A DNA stretch of 36,841 nucleotides from Pedosphaera sp. (GTDB lineage: Bacteria > Verrucomicrobiota > Verrucomicrobiia > Limisphaerales > SIBH01). Under the pieces are notes generated by a model, which made no database searches, had not been told where the DNA came from, and worked only from the letters and a program-made list of their open reading frames with translations. The position numbers and the translations under genes were made by a program. Positions 26,623-35,221 of this stretch are shown piece after piece; the first letter of the stretch is position 1; each line of letters begins with the position of its first letter. The DNA lies in the NCBI GenBank assembly GCA_031414955.1, contig JANOQV010000266.1, forward strand, positions 1-36,841, read 5' to 3'.

Positions 26623-29600
26623 GCGCCGGTGCCCACGATGCCCGGCCGTTCTCCTTCCACGAATGGAGCCGGGAGGAATTCAACCAGACCATCGCGCGAC
26701 GTTTCGAGCGGCAGGTCGAATTGCATCGGGACCGGATCGCGGTACGCTCGGCCAGCGGGCAACTCACCTACGAGCAGTTGAACCGGCTGGCCAACCGCCT
26801 GGCCCACTCCCTCCTTGCCCAGAATTCCGAGGCTGGCCCGCGCGTAGCGTTGCTGCTGGATCACGACGCTCCCCTCATCGCCGCCCTGCTCGGGGTGTTG
26901 AAGGCCGGCCAGGTTTGCGTGGTGCTGGCCCCAGCGCATCCCGACGCGCGGATGCTGACCATTCTCGAAGGCTGCGGCGCCGACGTGATCGTGGCTGACG
27001 CCATGCATCTCGACCGGGCCGGCGGTCTTGCCCAAGGCAAGCGTCGCGTGTTCAACATCGAGGCGCTGGAGGCTGGGCTGTCGGAGGGGAATCCAACCCT
27101 GGCGCGCACGCCCGACGCACTCGCCTTCATCATTTACACCTCCGGCACCACGGGCCAGCCGCGCGGCGTGATGCAAGACCATCGCAGCATCCTGCACAAC
27201 CTGCGCCGGCACACCCACGGGTTGAAGCTTCACGCGGGCGATACGATCTGCCTGCTCTCCTCGTGCAGCGCCGGCCAGGGCATGGCGACCGCGCTTTACA
27301 CCGTGCTCAACGGCGCCACGCTTTGTCCGCGCGATCTCGCCGAGGAAAGCGTGGCCGGCCTGGCGGAGTGGCTCATCCGTGAGCAGATCACCGTTTATGT
27401 TTCCGCCGCGACCGTGTTCCGCCATTTCGTGCGCACGCTCACGGGGCGGGAAAAATTCCCGCATCTCCGGATGGTCCGCCTCGCCTCCGAGCCGGTGCAG
27501 CGAAATGATTTCGACTTGTTCAAGGCGCACTTCGAGCCGCACTGCGTCTTTGCCAACACCTACTCCAGCAGCGAAACGGGCAACCTCTGCCAGTTCTTTG
27601 TCGCGCATGGAGAAGCGATGCCGGGCGACGTGATGCCCATCGGCTACCCGCCGGAGGACGTGCAAATCCTGCTGCTCGACGACCAGGGCCACGCGGTGCC
27701 GGCCGGAGAAGTCGGCGAGATGGTGGTCCGCAGCCGCTACCTTTCACCGGGCTATTGGAACGCGCCCGAGCAGACCGGCGCCGTGTTTGCATCCGTGCCC
27801 GGCAGCGACGAAAGGCTTTACCGCACCCGCGACCTCGGCCGTCGTGCCCTGGACGGACGGCTCGAACACATGGGGCGGGCGGACACGCAGGTGAAGATTC
27901 GTGGCTACCGCGTTCATCCCGACGAAGTCCGCGCCCGCCTTTGCCAGCACCCCGATGTCGCGGACGCGGTGGTCGATGCGCGCGTCGATGCCGCCGGGAA
28001 CGCGCGGCTCATCGCTTACCTCATCCCGGGCGAGGGCCGCTCACCCTCGCCTCAAGAACTGCGCCAGCATCTCAAAGGCTTGCTGCCCGAGTTCATGGTG
28101 CCGAGCGGCTATGTGCTGCTGAAGGAATTCCCGGCCACTCCCAATGGCAAGGTGGATCGAAACGCGTTGCGAGAGCTTCCGCTCGAAACCTCCAGCCGGA
28201 TCGACGCCGCCTCCAGCCCCAAGACGGCTCTCGAGGAAACGCTCGCCGGCATCTGGACCGAGGTGCTGAACCTGAACCAGGTCGGGCTGCACGACAATTT
28301 CTTCGAGCTGGGCGGCGACTCGTTGCTCGTCACCCAACTCGTGTTCCGCATCGGCACCGTGCTGCAGCTCGAAGTGCCGCCCTCGCTGCTCTTCGAGAAG
28401 CCCACCATCGCCGAGTTGAGCGCGCACCTTCAGCAGGTGCAACAGGGTGGCGGGGCCGCGGCCGTTCCGCCCATCACGCCCGCGCCGCGCGGCGGGCCGC
28501 TGCCCCTCTCCGGCACGCAGGAACGAAACTGGCGGCAGTCGCAATTGCTCCGCGACAATCTTTCCAACCTGCTCGCCAATGGCTATGTGCTCGACGGGCG
28601 GCTGGATGTGGAGGCCTTGCAACGCACTCTCCATGAAGTGGTGCGCCGCCATGAGCCGTTCCGCACGACCTACGAAAAGATGGCCGACGGCCTGGTGCAA
28701 CACATCCATCCGTCCGGAGAATTGCCGCTGCGGTTCGTTGATCTATCAGGCCATCCGCAGGCCGAGGAGGAAGCAGGCCGGCTCTGGACCGAAGAAGCCA
28801 GCCAGCCCATCGATCTGGCCCACGGCCCGATCATCCGCGTCCTGCTGCTCAAGCTCGACGAGACACGGCACTGGCTGCTCACCACCGTTCACCACATCGT
28901 TTCGGATGCCTGGTCGCGCGATAATTTCCTGCGCGACCTCGCCGTCATTTACGCGGCCTACTCGACCGGACGACCATCGCCCTTGCCCGACCCCGAGCTG
29001 CACTGCGCGGATTTTGCCGTGTGGCAAAAGCAATTGCTCCAGCCCGAGGGCGAAGTCTATCGGCGGCAACTGGCCTACTGGAAAAAGCAACTGGCCCACC
29101 CGCCGCCGCTCCTCGAATTTCCCTTTGCCCGCCCGGAGCCGAGGCTGGCGACCGACATCCGCGCAGGCCGGCTGCGCTACGCCATCGCGCCCGAATTGGC
29201 CGCGCGTCTGCACGAGATCGGACGTCGTGAAGGGGCCACGCTGTTCATGACCCGCCTGGCGGCCTTTGCCATGCACCTGCACCAGATGACCGGCCGCCGG
29301 GATTTCCTCGTGGCCAGCTACATGACCAACCGCAACCGGCCCGAGACGCAGAACCTGATCGGCTTCTTCAGCAACCTGGTGATGCTGCGCCTCGACCTGC
29401 GGGGCAACCCGACCTTCCGCGAACTGCTGGGCCGCATCCGCCGCGTGACTCTTGACGCCACGGCCCATGCCGACATCCCGTTCGAGCAACTGGTCTCCGC
29501 CCTCAAGCGGGCCGGGATCAAGCTGCCCATGATGCAGGTGATCTTCGAGGTCAAATACGGCGACCCGCTCATGCGCTTCGGCGATCTGGAAGTGCGCCGC

Positions 29601-29840
29601 ATGGACCGCCGCACCGTGACCATGCCGTGGAGTTTCCAGGTGAACGTGATGAACAAAGGTGAGGCCTCGCTGGGTAACTCCATCTTCGACGCCACGCTGT
29701 TTGAACCCGCCGGAGTGGCCAGGACGATTGAGGACTACAAGGAGCTGATGGCCCGCGTGGCGAGCGCCCCGGACCAGCGGATGTCGGAACTGTGCCCGAA
29801 CGCGCCGAAGCAACGCCGCCGGTTCTGGCCGTTCAGTTGA
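26619..29840 (+). CDS. Single-module NRPS-like enzyme, A-T-C
   Basis: A domain: YTSGTTGQPRG, NTYSSSET, YRTRDL, GRADTQVKIRGYRV, PNGKVDR. T domain: DNFFELGGDSL. C domain: RRHEPFRT, HHIVSDAWS, IGFFSN. The ATG at 26619 overlaps the upstream TGA. Confidence 0.92.
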   Translation: MSAGAHDARPFSFHEWSREEFNQTIARRFERQVELHRDRIAVRSASGQLTYEQLNRLANRLAHSLLAQNSEAGPRVALLLDHDAPLIAALLGVLKAGQVCVVLAPAHPDARMLTILEGCGADVIVADAMHLDRAGGLAQGKRRVFNIEALEAGLSEGNPTLARTPDALAFIIYTSGTTGQPRGVMQDHRSILHNLRRHTHGLKLHAGDTICLLSSCSAGQGMATALYTVLNGATLCPRDLAEESVAGLAEWLIREQITVYVSAATVFRHFVRTLTGREKFPHLRMVRLASEPVQRNDFDLFKAHFEPHCVFANTYSSSETGNLCQFFVAHGEAMPGDVMPIGYPPEDVQILLLDDQGHAVPAGEVGEMVVRSRYLSPGYWNAPEQTGAVFASVPGSDERLYRTRDLGRRALDGRLEHMGRADTQVKIRGYRVHPDEVRARLCQHPDVADAVVDARVDAAGNARLIAYLIPGEGRSPSPQELRQHLKGLLPEFMVPSGYVLLKEFPATPNGKVDRNALRELPLETSSRIDAASSPKTALEETLAGIWTEVLNLNQVGLHDNFFELGGDSLLVTQLVFRIGTVLQLEVPPSLLFEKPTIAELSAHLQQVQQGGGAAAVPPITPAPRGGPLPLSGTQERNWRQSQLLRDNLSNLLANGYVLDGRLDVEALQRTLHEVVRRHEPFRTTYEKMADGLVQHIHPSGELPLRFVDLSGHPQAEEEAGRLWTEEASQPIDLAHGPIIRVLLLKLDETRHWLLTTVHHIVSDAWSRDNFLRDLAVIYAAYSTGRPSPLPDPELHCADFAVWQKQLLQPEGEVYRRQLAYWKKQLAHPPPLLEFPFARPEPRLATDIRAGRLRYAIAPELAARLHEIGRREGATLFMTRLAAFAMHLHQMTGRRDFLVASYMTNRNRPETQNLIGFFSNLVMLRLDLRGNPTFRELLGRIRRVTLDATAHADIPFEQLVSALKRAGIKLPMMQVIFEVKYGDPLMRFGDLEVRRMDRRTVTMPWSFQVNVMNKGEASLGNSIFDATLFEPAGVARTIEDYKELMARVASAPDQRMSELCPNAPKQRRRFWPFS

Positions 29841-29891
29841 GACTTGGAATTTGTGCTTGGCTGCCGCCCCGTTTTACCTTCGCATCCCGCC

Positions 29892-30662
29892 ATGAACATT
29901 ACCCTTTCTGCCGTGGCCCTGCTGGCCAGCGCCGCCCTTGTCCTTGCCGCCGAGACGCCCGGCCCTGTTTATGAACTGCGCATTTATCACGCCGCGCCGG
30001 GCAAGCTCGACGATTTGAACAAGCGCTTCCGCGACCACACCGTGAAACTCTTCGAGAAGCACGGCATGAAAAATATCGGCTACTGGACCCCGATGGACAC
30101 CGCCGACAGCCGCCTCATCTACGTGCTCGAGCACGCCAGTCGCGACGCCGCGCGGAAATCCTTTGCCGCCTTTGGTGCCGATCCGGAATGGAAGGCTGCG
30201 CAGAAAGCCTCCGAGGTCAACGGCCCGCTGCTCATCAAGAACGGCGTCGAGTCCTACTTCATGCAGCCCACGGATTTCTCCCCGACCATCAAGTCCGTCC
30301 AGGCCGGGCCACGCGTGTTTGAGTTGCGCGACTACACCGCCAGCGCAGGCCATCTCGCCGCGCTTGATGCGCGCTTTCGCGACCACACCGTGAAGCTCTT
30401 TGCGAAGCACGGCATGAAGAACATCGCTTACTGGCATCTCACGGCCGGGGCGAAGGACGCCGACCGCAAGCTCATCTACATCCTCGCCCACCAGGACGCG
30501 GCGGCGGGCGCGGCCTCCTTCGACGCCTTCCGTAAAGACCCGGATTGGGTCAAGGCCCGCGCCGATTCGGAGAAAAAAGCCGGCGGTTCCCTGACCGAAG
30601 GCGGCATGGCCGGCGTGAAGTCCACCTACCTGAAGGCCACGGATTATTCGGCGATGAAGTAA
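29892..30662 (+). CDS. Secreted protein with two NIPSNAP domains
   Basis: Signal peptide, then an internally duplicated ELRxY...RFRDHTVKLFxKHGMKNIxYW...LIY.L.H...DPxW unit. Confidence 0.88.
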   Translation: MNITLSAVALLASAALVLAAETPGPVYELRIYHAAPGKLDDLNKRFRDHTVKLFEKHGMKNIGYWTPMDTADSRLIYVLEHASRDAARKSFAAFGADPEWKAAQKASEVNGPLLIKNGVESYFMQPTDFSPTIKSVQAGPRVFELRDYTASAGHLAALDARFRDHTVKLFAKHGMKNIAYWHLTAGAKDADRKLIYILAHQDAAAGAASFDAFRKDPDWVKARADSEKKAGGSLTEGGMAGVKSTYLKATDYSAMK

Positions 30663-30683
30663 GGAGGATTTGGTTCAATCAAA

Positions 30684-30718
30684 CCTTGGACCAGACCAGG
30701 ATACTTCCTGGTCCAAGG
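30684..30718. terminator. Hairpin downstream of the NIPSNAP gene, possible terminator
   Basis: 11-bp stem ccttggaccag/ctggtccaagg with no clear U tract. Confidence 0.35.
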
Positions 30719-30827
30719 CCTCAAATTGTTGTTGGCCGCACCGCCAACCGTGGAGTGGAGGTGCGGCACTCTGAGCTGGGTGTCTTGAGTGCTCGGCTCC
30801 GGAATGTGGAGTCCTGAAGTGCAGTGA

Positions 30828-30998
30828 GAGCGGGTCTGAAGTCGCCTGGAGGCCAGGGCCTCCGGTCCCGGACGCCCGTCTTCGGGCGCAGCAACGTGCG
30901 AAAGCCTGGGGACGTGGGTTTTTCCAACGCGCCCGGCGTCAGCGCACTGTTGCGCCCGAGGACGGGCGCACTCCGCCAGCGAATTTTCAGACCGGCTC
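30828..30998. mobile_element. MITE/REPIN-like element, copy 2 (inverted relative to 21511-21687)
   Basis: Ends gagcgggtctgaa / ttcagaccggctc, flanked by a TGA...TGA direct repeat (30825-27, 30999-31001). It has the same internal inverted pair and spacer motifs (ggaaaaaccca, ttcgcacgttgctgcgccc on the reverse strand). Confidence 0.8.
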
Positions 30999-31180
30999 TG
31001 AGATGGAAGGAGTCTCCATTTCTCCAAGGGCGGCAAGCTCGTTCGCGCCTGCGGCGGACGTGCTGGCCAGGCTGGGCGATTTTCTCGGCCGGTTCAGCGA
31101 GCTTGAGCGCGCGGCGTTGGATGGAGTTTATCCGCACCCCAGAGCCGAGGGCCGGTCTGGACGAGTTCCCATTTTACTCC

Positions 31181-32839
31181 CTAATAATCCCGCAAGTTGC
31201 GGTTCATCGCCGGGGACTGGTATTGGCCCTTCACGCCGGGCGTGTCGAGCCGCGGCGGCGCGTCCATCGGCATACTCTGTAGATTGTTCTGCGGCGGGCC
31301 GTTGGGTTTCTTGCTCGACTTGCCTTCCCCATTCTCGTCCTCGTCCTTGCCTCCGGGCTTTTTGCCGCGTTGCGCCATCTTCTGGCGCGCCTCCCCCAGC
31401 TCTTTGCCCACTTGCTGCGCCTTCTTGCCCGTCTTCTCCGAGGGCTTGAGCGATTGCAACTCGGAGAGAGCCTGTTCTGCTCCCTCCAGCCGCGCGACCT
31501 CGCCCTCCGGCGACTCCTCCCCGCCCGGTTTCTTCATCAGCTTGTCGCCGAGCTGCTCCAGCGCCTGCTCGAGCTTCTGCTGCGTTTGCTTTGCCTTCTG
31601 GGGCAACTGCGCCTGCTGCGGCTGCAAATCGCTGGCCTGCTGAAAGTGATCCAGCGCCTCGCTCAACTCCTGCGCCTGCTGCTCCAGTTGGGCTTGCTCG
31701 GCCTGTTGTGAAAGCTGGTCGCCCTGCTCCTCGTGAATCTGCGCCAGCCGCTGTTTGATTTGTTCCTGCACCTGCTTGGCCATCGCGTGATCGGGCTTCT
31801 GCTCCAGCGCTTTCTCAGTCAGCTCCAGGCCCATGCGCAAAAGGCCGAGCTTGTCATCCACGCGCGGAATCTGCGGCTCGATATTTTTGTAGGTCATGGC
31901 CTGCCGGGCCAGCGCATCGGCCAGGCGCTCGCGGCCCTGTTCGAGTTGCTTGGCGATGTTCTGGTCCTCGGGCTTCAACGAGTTCGCATCCTCCAGCATG
32001 TTCACGCCTTCCTTCACCTGCGGCACGTCGGGCTGCATGATCATCGGCTCGTTGGCCTTGGGCATGACCATGTTGTTCGCCATCGTTTTGCGCGTGCCTT
32101 CTTCGGCCAGCGCCTGGGCGAGCATGTCCTTGGCCTTCTGTTCGCCGTCCTTGGCCTCCTGCGCTTGCTGGCCCTCGGGCTTCATCTCCTTGGCGTCGTG
32201 GAACTGGTCCATCGCGTTGCGCAGTTTCTGGATGCGTTGCTCGGCGGGCTGCGGTTGCTGCTGGCCCTTTTGCAGATTCTCCTGGGCGCGCTTGAGCAAC
32301 GTGTCGAGCAGGAGTTTGCGCACCTTGTCGCGATTGGCCTGCGCGTCAGTGTGCTTGGGATGCTCCTTGAGCAGCGCATCGTAGCTGGCGATGGATTGCT
32401 TCCAGCGCGAGATGGCGGCGTCCAGATCGTTGGTGCTGGCCTTGAGGCCGAGACGGAAGTCGGCGTTGCCCTTTTGGAAACGCGCCTTGCCGACCAGCGG
32501 CCTGGAGCGGGCGTTCTCGACCAGATCGAGGTCGAGCAGGGCTTCCTCGAACCGCCCCTCGGCGTAAGCGGTGACGGCGCGATTGTAGAGAAGGTGGGGG
32601 TTCTCAGGATCTCTGGCCAGTTCGCGATCCAACACGTCGCGCACCTCAGTGGTTCTGCCTTGGGAAAGACTTTGCTGGAGAGCGGGAACATCGACGGCGG
32701 CCCCGGAGGGGAGCGCGAAGAACACGAGGAGAGCCAACCAATGAGGAATCACGGAAAACACCGAGCCCACGGAATGATGAACTCGCACCGGAGTGCTCTC
32801 CCATCCGCTTCCGCGTCTTCTGTGTGTGCCGTGGTTCAT
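31181..32839 (-). CDS. TPR / helical-repeat Gln-rich exported protein (extended BatC-like)
   Basis: LLYNRAVTAYAEGRFEEA, ARFQKGNADFR, DAQANR, a Q/E/K-rich helical region and terminal RDY. It follows two vWA genes; the start has an ATGA overlap but is uncertain. Confidence 0.75.
   Translation of the reverse strand: MNHGTHRRRGSGWESTPVRVHHSVGSVFSVIPHWLALLVFFALPSGAAVDVPALQQSLSQGRTTEVRDVLDRELARDPENPHLLYNRAVTAYAEGRFEEALLDLDLVENARSRPLVGKARFQKGNADFRLGLKASTNDLDAAISRWKQSIASYDALLKEHPKHTDAQANRDKVRKLLLDTLLKRAQENLQKGQQQPQPAEQRIQKLRNAMDQFHDAKEMKPEGQQAQEAKDGEQKAKDMLAQALAEEGTRKTMANNMVMPKANEPMIMQPDVPQVKEGVNMLEDANSLKPEDQNIAKQLEQGRERLADALARQAMTYKNIEPQIPRVDDKLGLLRMGLELTEKALEQKPDHAMAKQVQEQIKQRLAQIHEEQGDQLSQQAEQAQLEQQAQELSEALDHFQQASDLQPQQAQLPQKAKQTQQKLEQALEQLGDKLMKKPGGEESPEGEVARLEGAEQALSELQSLKPSEKTGKKAQQVGKELGEARQKMAQRGKKPGGKDEDENGEGKSSKKPNGPPQNNLQSMPMDAPPRLDTPGVKGQYQSPAMNRNLRDY
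32747..32836. repeat. Imperfect palindromic element at the 5' end of the TPR gene
   Basis: Arms aatcacggaaaacaccgagcccacggaa and ttccgcgtcttctgtgtgtgccgtggtt are about 20/28 complementary. Confidence 0.65.
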
Positions 32840-33951
32840 GCCTGTGAATCTGCTCCCAAAATGCTGGGCAATTTGCGCCGTCGCGCAAAGCGCTCCGCGC
32901 CGAGCCAGAGCTTAATCGCCAGCCCCAGAATGGCAACGGCCAGGGGAACAAAGAATCCCTCGCGATAGTTTTGCAAGTCGCCGCGCGCGGTCTTCTCGGC
33001 CAGCGGTCGCAACACTTCCTCGCGCAATTGCCGCAGCCCTTCTCCATCCTGCCCTAAACGATAGTAGCGTCCCCCGCCGGCATTGGCCACGCGGCGCAGG
33101 TTGTTCTCGTCGAGCTTCGTGGTGATGTCCGGCATCGCCGGCGGTGGTGGCGGTTGCGCGACAGGGGGAACATTCGGCGGCGGGAACTGGCCGCCTTGGA
33201 AAAACACCGGGCCAGGCGGCGGAGCAGCGGCGGCCCGATACGCCGGAATGCGCGCCCCCGTCGCCGTGCCGACGCCGATGGTATGAATGGTGATTTGATG
33301 ATCGCGCTTCAACTTGCGCGCCAGTTCCAGCGCTTTGCCTCCATCCAACTCCTCACCATCGGAGATCATCACCAGCGTGCGTTGTGGCACCGCATTGCTC
33401 GTGAAGAACCGCGCAGCGCGGTCCATCGCCGACGCCATCGAACTGCCCGGGTCCGTCAGCGCCGCCGGATTGATGTAACTGAGAATCGTTCTCAACGCCC
33501 GAGTGTCGAAAGTCAGCGGCGCGTTCAAATAGCCAATGCCGGCGAAGGTGATCAGCCCGATGCGATCCGCCCGCGTGTCAGTGAAGAAATGGTCCAGCGC
33601 GTTGGTCGTGGCGGCGTAGCGCGTGGGCTTCATGTCCGCCGCGAGCATGGAGCGCGACACGTCGAAGGCCACGAGGTAGGAAGCGCCTTGAGACTCGCTG
33701 CGCTCGTCGAATTGGAAGTAGAGCGGGCGCGCCAGCGTCACGAGCAACGCCGTGACGGCGATGAACAACAGGATGCGGTCCCACACCCCCCGCTTCTTGA
33801 CCGATCCCGTGTCCGACCACGCCGGCGTGCCCGCCCCGACGAACTTTTCCAGCAAGGCCCGCCGCCGCTTCGGCGCCTGCCACAACAGCAGCGCCAGCAG
33901 CAGCCAGACGACGGGCAGGGCGTAGAGAAATTGTGGGAGGGCAAATTTCAT
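32836..33951 (-). CDS. vWA-domain membrane protein (BatB-like)
   Basis: MKFALPQFL Bat-type N-terminus, LARP, DVSRSMLAAD, GLITFAG, PLTFD, SDGE, C-terminal TM. The start is placed at 33951 because the upstream ORF extension is repeat DNA. Confidence 0.88.
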   Translation of the reverse strand: MKFALPQFLYALPVVWLLLALLLWQAPKRRRALLEKFVGAGTPAWSDTGSVKKRGVWDRILLFIAVTALLVTLARPLYFQFDERSESQGASYLVAFDVSRSMLAADMKPTRYAATTNALDHFFTDTRADRIGLITFAGIGYLNAPLTFDTRALRTILSYINPAALTDPGSSMASAMDRAARFFTSNAVPQRTLVMISDGEELDGGKALELARKLKRDHQITIHTIGVGTATGARIPAYRAAAAPPPGPVFFQGGQFPPPNVPPVAQPPPPPAMPDITTKLDENNLRRVANAGGGRYYRLGQDGEGLRQLREEVLRPLAEKTARGDLQNYREGFFVPLAVAILGLAIKLWLGAERFARRRKLPSILGADSQA

Positions 33952-33972
33952 GTTGGAACCGATCTCGTCGCG

Positions 33973-34199
33973 CTGGCAGCAAGCCCGGAGGGCTTGAACA
34001 TGAATAGCCCCGGGTCGCGAGCCCCGAGCGAACCCGGGGTAAGATGGCGAAATGGGAAGCAACCCCGGATGGGGTTGAACACAAGCGCGGCACTCGCCGG
34101 CACGGTTCGACCCCTTCGGGGTCGCAAACCTCGGCTCGGAACAATCCCCCGGTTGCACCGGGGGCTATTCACATTCAAGCCCTCCGGGTTTGCCGCCAG
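33973..34199. repeat. Long palindromic REP/REPIN-like element between the two vWA genes
   Basis: 39-bp arms (35/39 complementary): ctggcagcaagcccggagggcttgaacatgaatagcccc / ggggctattcacattcaagccctccgggtttgccgccag. Nested hairpins include cgacccc-ttc-ggggtcg and cccccggt-tgc-accggggg. Confidence 0.85.
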
Positions 34200-34212
34200 G
34201 AGCAAACCACAC

Positions 34213-34242
34213 CATCCGTGTTCATCCGTGTTCATCCGTGGT
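34213..34242. repeat. Decamer tandem repeat (catccgtgtt)x3
   Basis: Read directly; the third unit is catccgtggt. Confidence 0.85.
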
Positions 34243-34258
34243 GAAAAAATTCCAAACT

Positions 34259-35221
34259 TCACGGCACGCGCCTCCTCAACAAGTCGTTCACCAAACTGTC
34301 CGCGATGAACACCAGTAGCCCCGCGCCCGCCAGCCACGGAAACCATTCGTGCCAGGTCACGAAGCGTTTCTGCAACAGCGCCTTCTTCTCCAACTCATCA
34401 ATCAGGCCATAGACCTTTTTCAAGCCTTCGGTGTCGCGCGCCTGAAAGAACTGGCCGCCCGTCATGCGCGCCGCCTTGTGCAACTCATGATTCGCCGCCG
34501 CGCTCGGCGTCACAATCTCCGGCCCGATGATGACGGTGTAGAGCCGCACCTGCGACTGGAGGACGTGCGGCGCGATCATCAGCGGCGGGCGCCCGATCAT
34601 GTTGTGTCCGTCGGTGACGAGGATGATGACCTTGCTGCGTTCGCTGTTTTGTTTGAGGAATTGCAGGCTGGCCGCCAGTCCTTCGCCGATGGCCGTGCCC
34701 GTGGCGTAGTCAGTTTCCTTCAATGAGTTCATGGCCCACACATGATCGAGCGTGAGCGGGCTGATGAGGAATGGGCTGCGCGCGAAGCAGACAATGCCAA
34801 TGCGGTCGTGCGGACGCCTGGCCACGAAGTCCTCCACCACATGCAGCAATGCGGCGCGGCGCGAGACGCGCTTGCCTTCGAGATGGAAGTCCTGCTCCGC
34901 CATGGAGCGGCTGTAGTCGAGCGTGAGCATGATGTCGATGCCCTTGGTCGGGTCCGGCAAGTCACCCCGCGGCACGCGCGGGCGGGCCAGTGCGACGATA
35001 AGCAAGGTCAACGCGAGCAGCAGCATTGCCGACCGCCAGCGTCCAGCATGACGCCGTGGTGTGGTGCCGAGCGCCCGCAGTGGTTGGAGTGAAGGCAGCG
35101 TGATGGAAGGCAGGGGGCCGGCTTTGCCCAACCGCCACGCCAGCCACGGAATCAACAGAAGCGCCAGCAACGCCCACGGCCAGGCGAATTCGAAACCTTC
35201 GGCGAATGCAGGCAGGTTCAC
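34259..35221 (-). CDS. vWA-domain membrane protein (BatA-like)
   Basis: FAWPWALL, ALARPR, GIDIMLTLDYSRSM, DRIGIVCF, SPLTLDH, GTAIGEGL, IILVTDG, TGGQFFQA, IDELEK. The probable GTG start at 35221 overlaps the upstream TGA. Confidence 0.9.
   Translation of the reverse strand: MNLPAFAEGFEFAWPWALLALLLIPWLAWRLGKAGPLPSITLPSLQPLRALGTTPRRHAGRWRSAMLLLALTLLIVALARPRVPRGDLPDPTKGIDIMLTLDYSRSMAEQDFHLEGKRVSRRAALLHVVEDFVARRPHDRIGIVCFARSPFLISPLTLDHVWAMNSLKETDYATGTAIGEGLAASLQFLKQNSERSKVIILVTDGHNMIGRPPLMIAPHVLQSQVRLYTVIIGPEIVTPSAAANHELHKAARMTGGQFFQARDTEGLKKVYGLIDELEKKALLQKRFVTWHEWFPWLAGAGLLVFIADSLVNDLLRRRVP

Noticed and set aside
30644..31180. Small ORFs between the NIPSNAP and TPR genes
   Set aside because: They are mostly translations of the MITE-like element and degenerate short repeats, with no protein-like motif.
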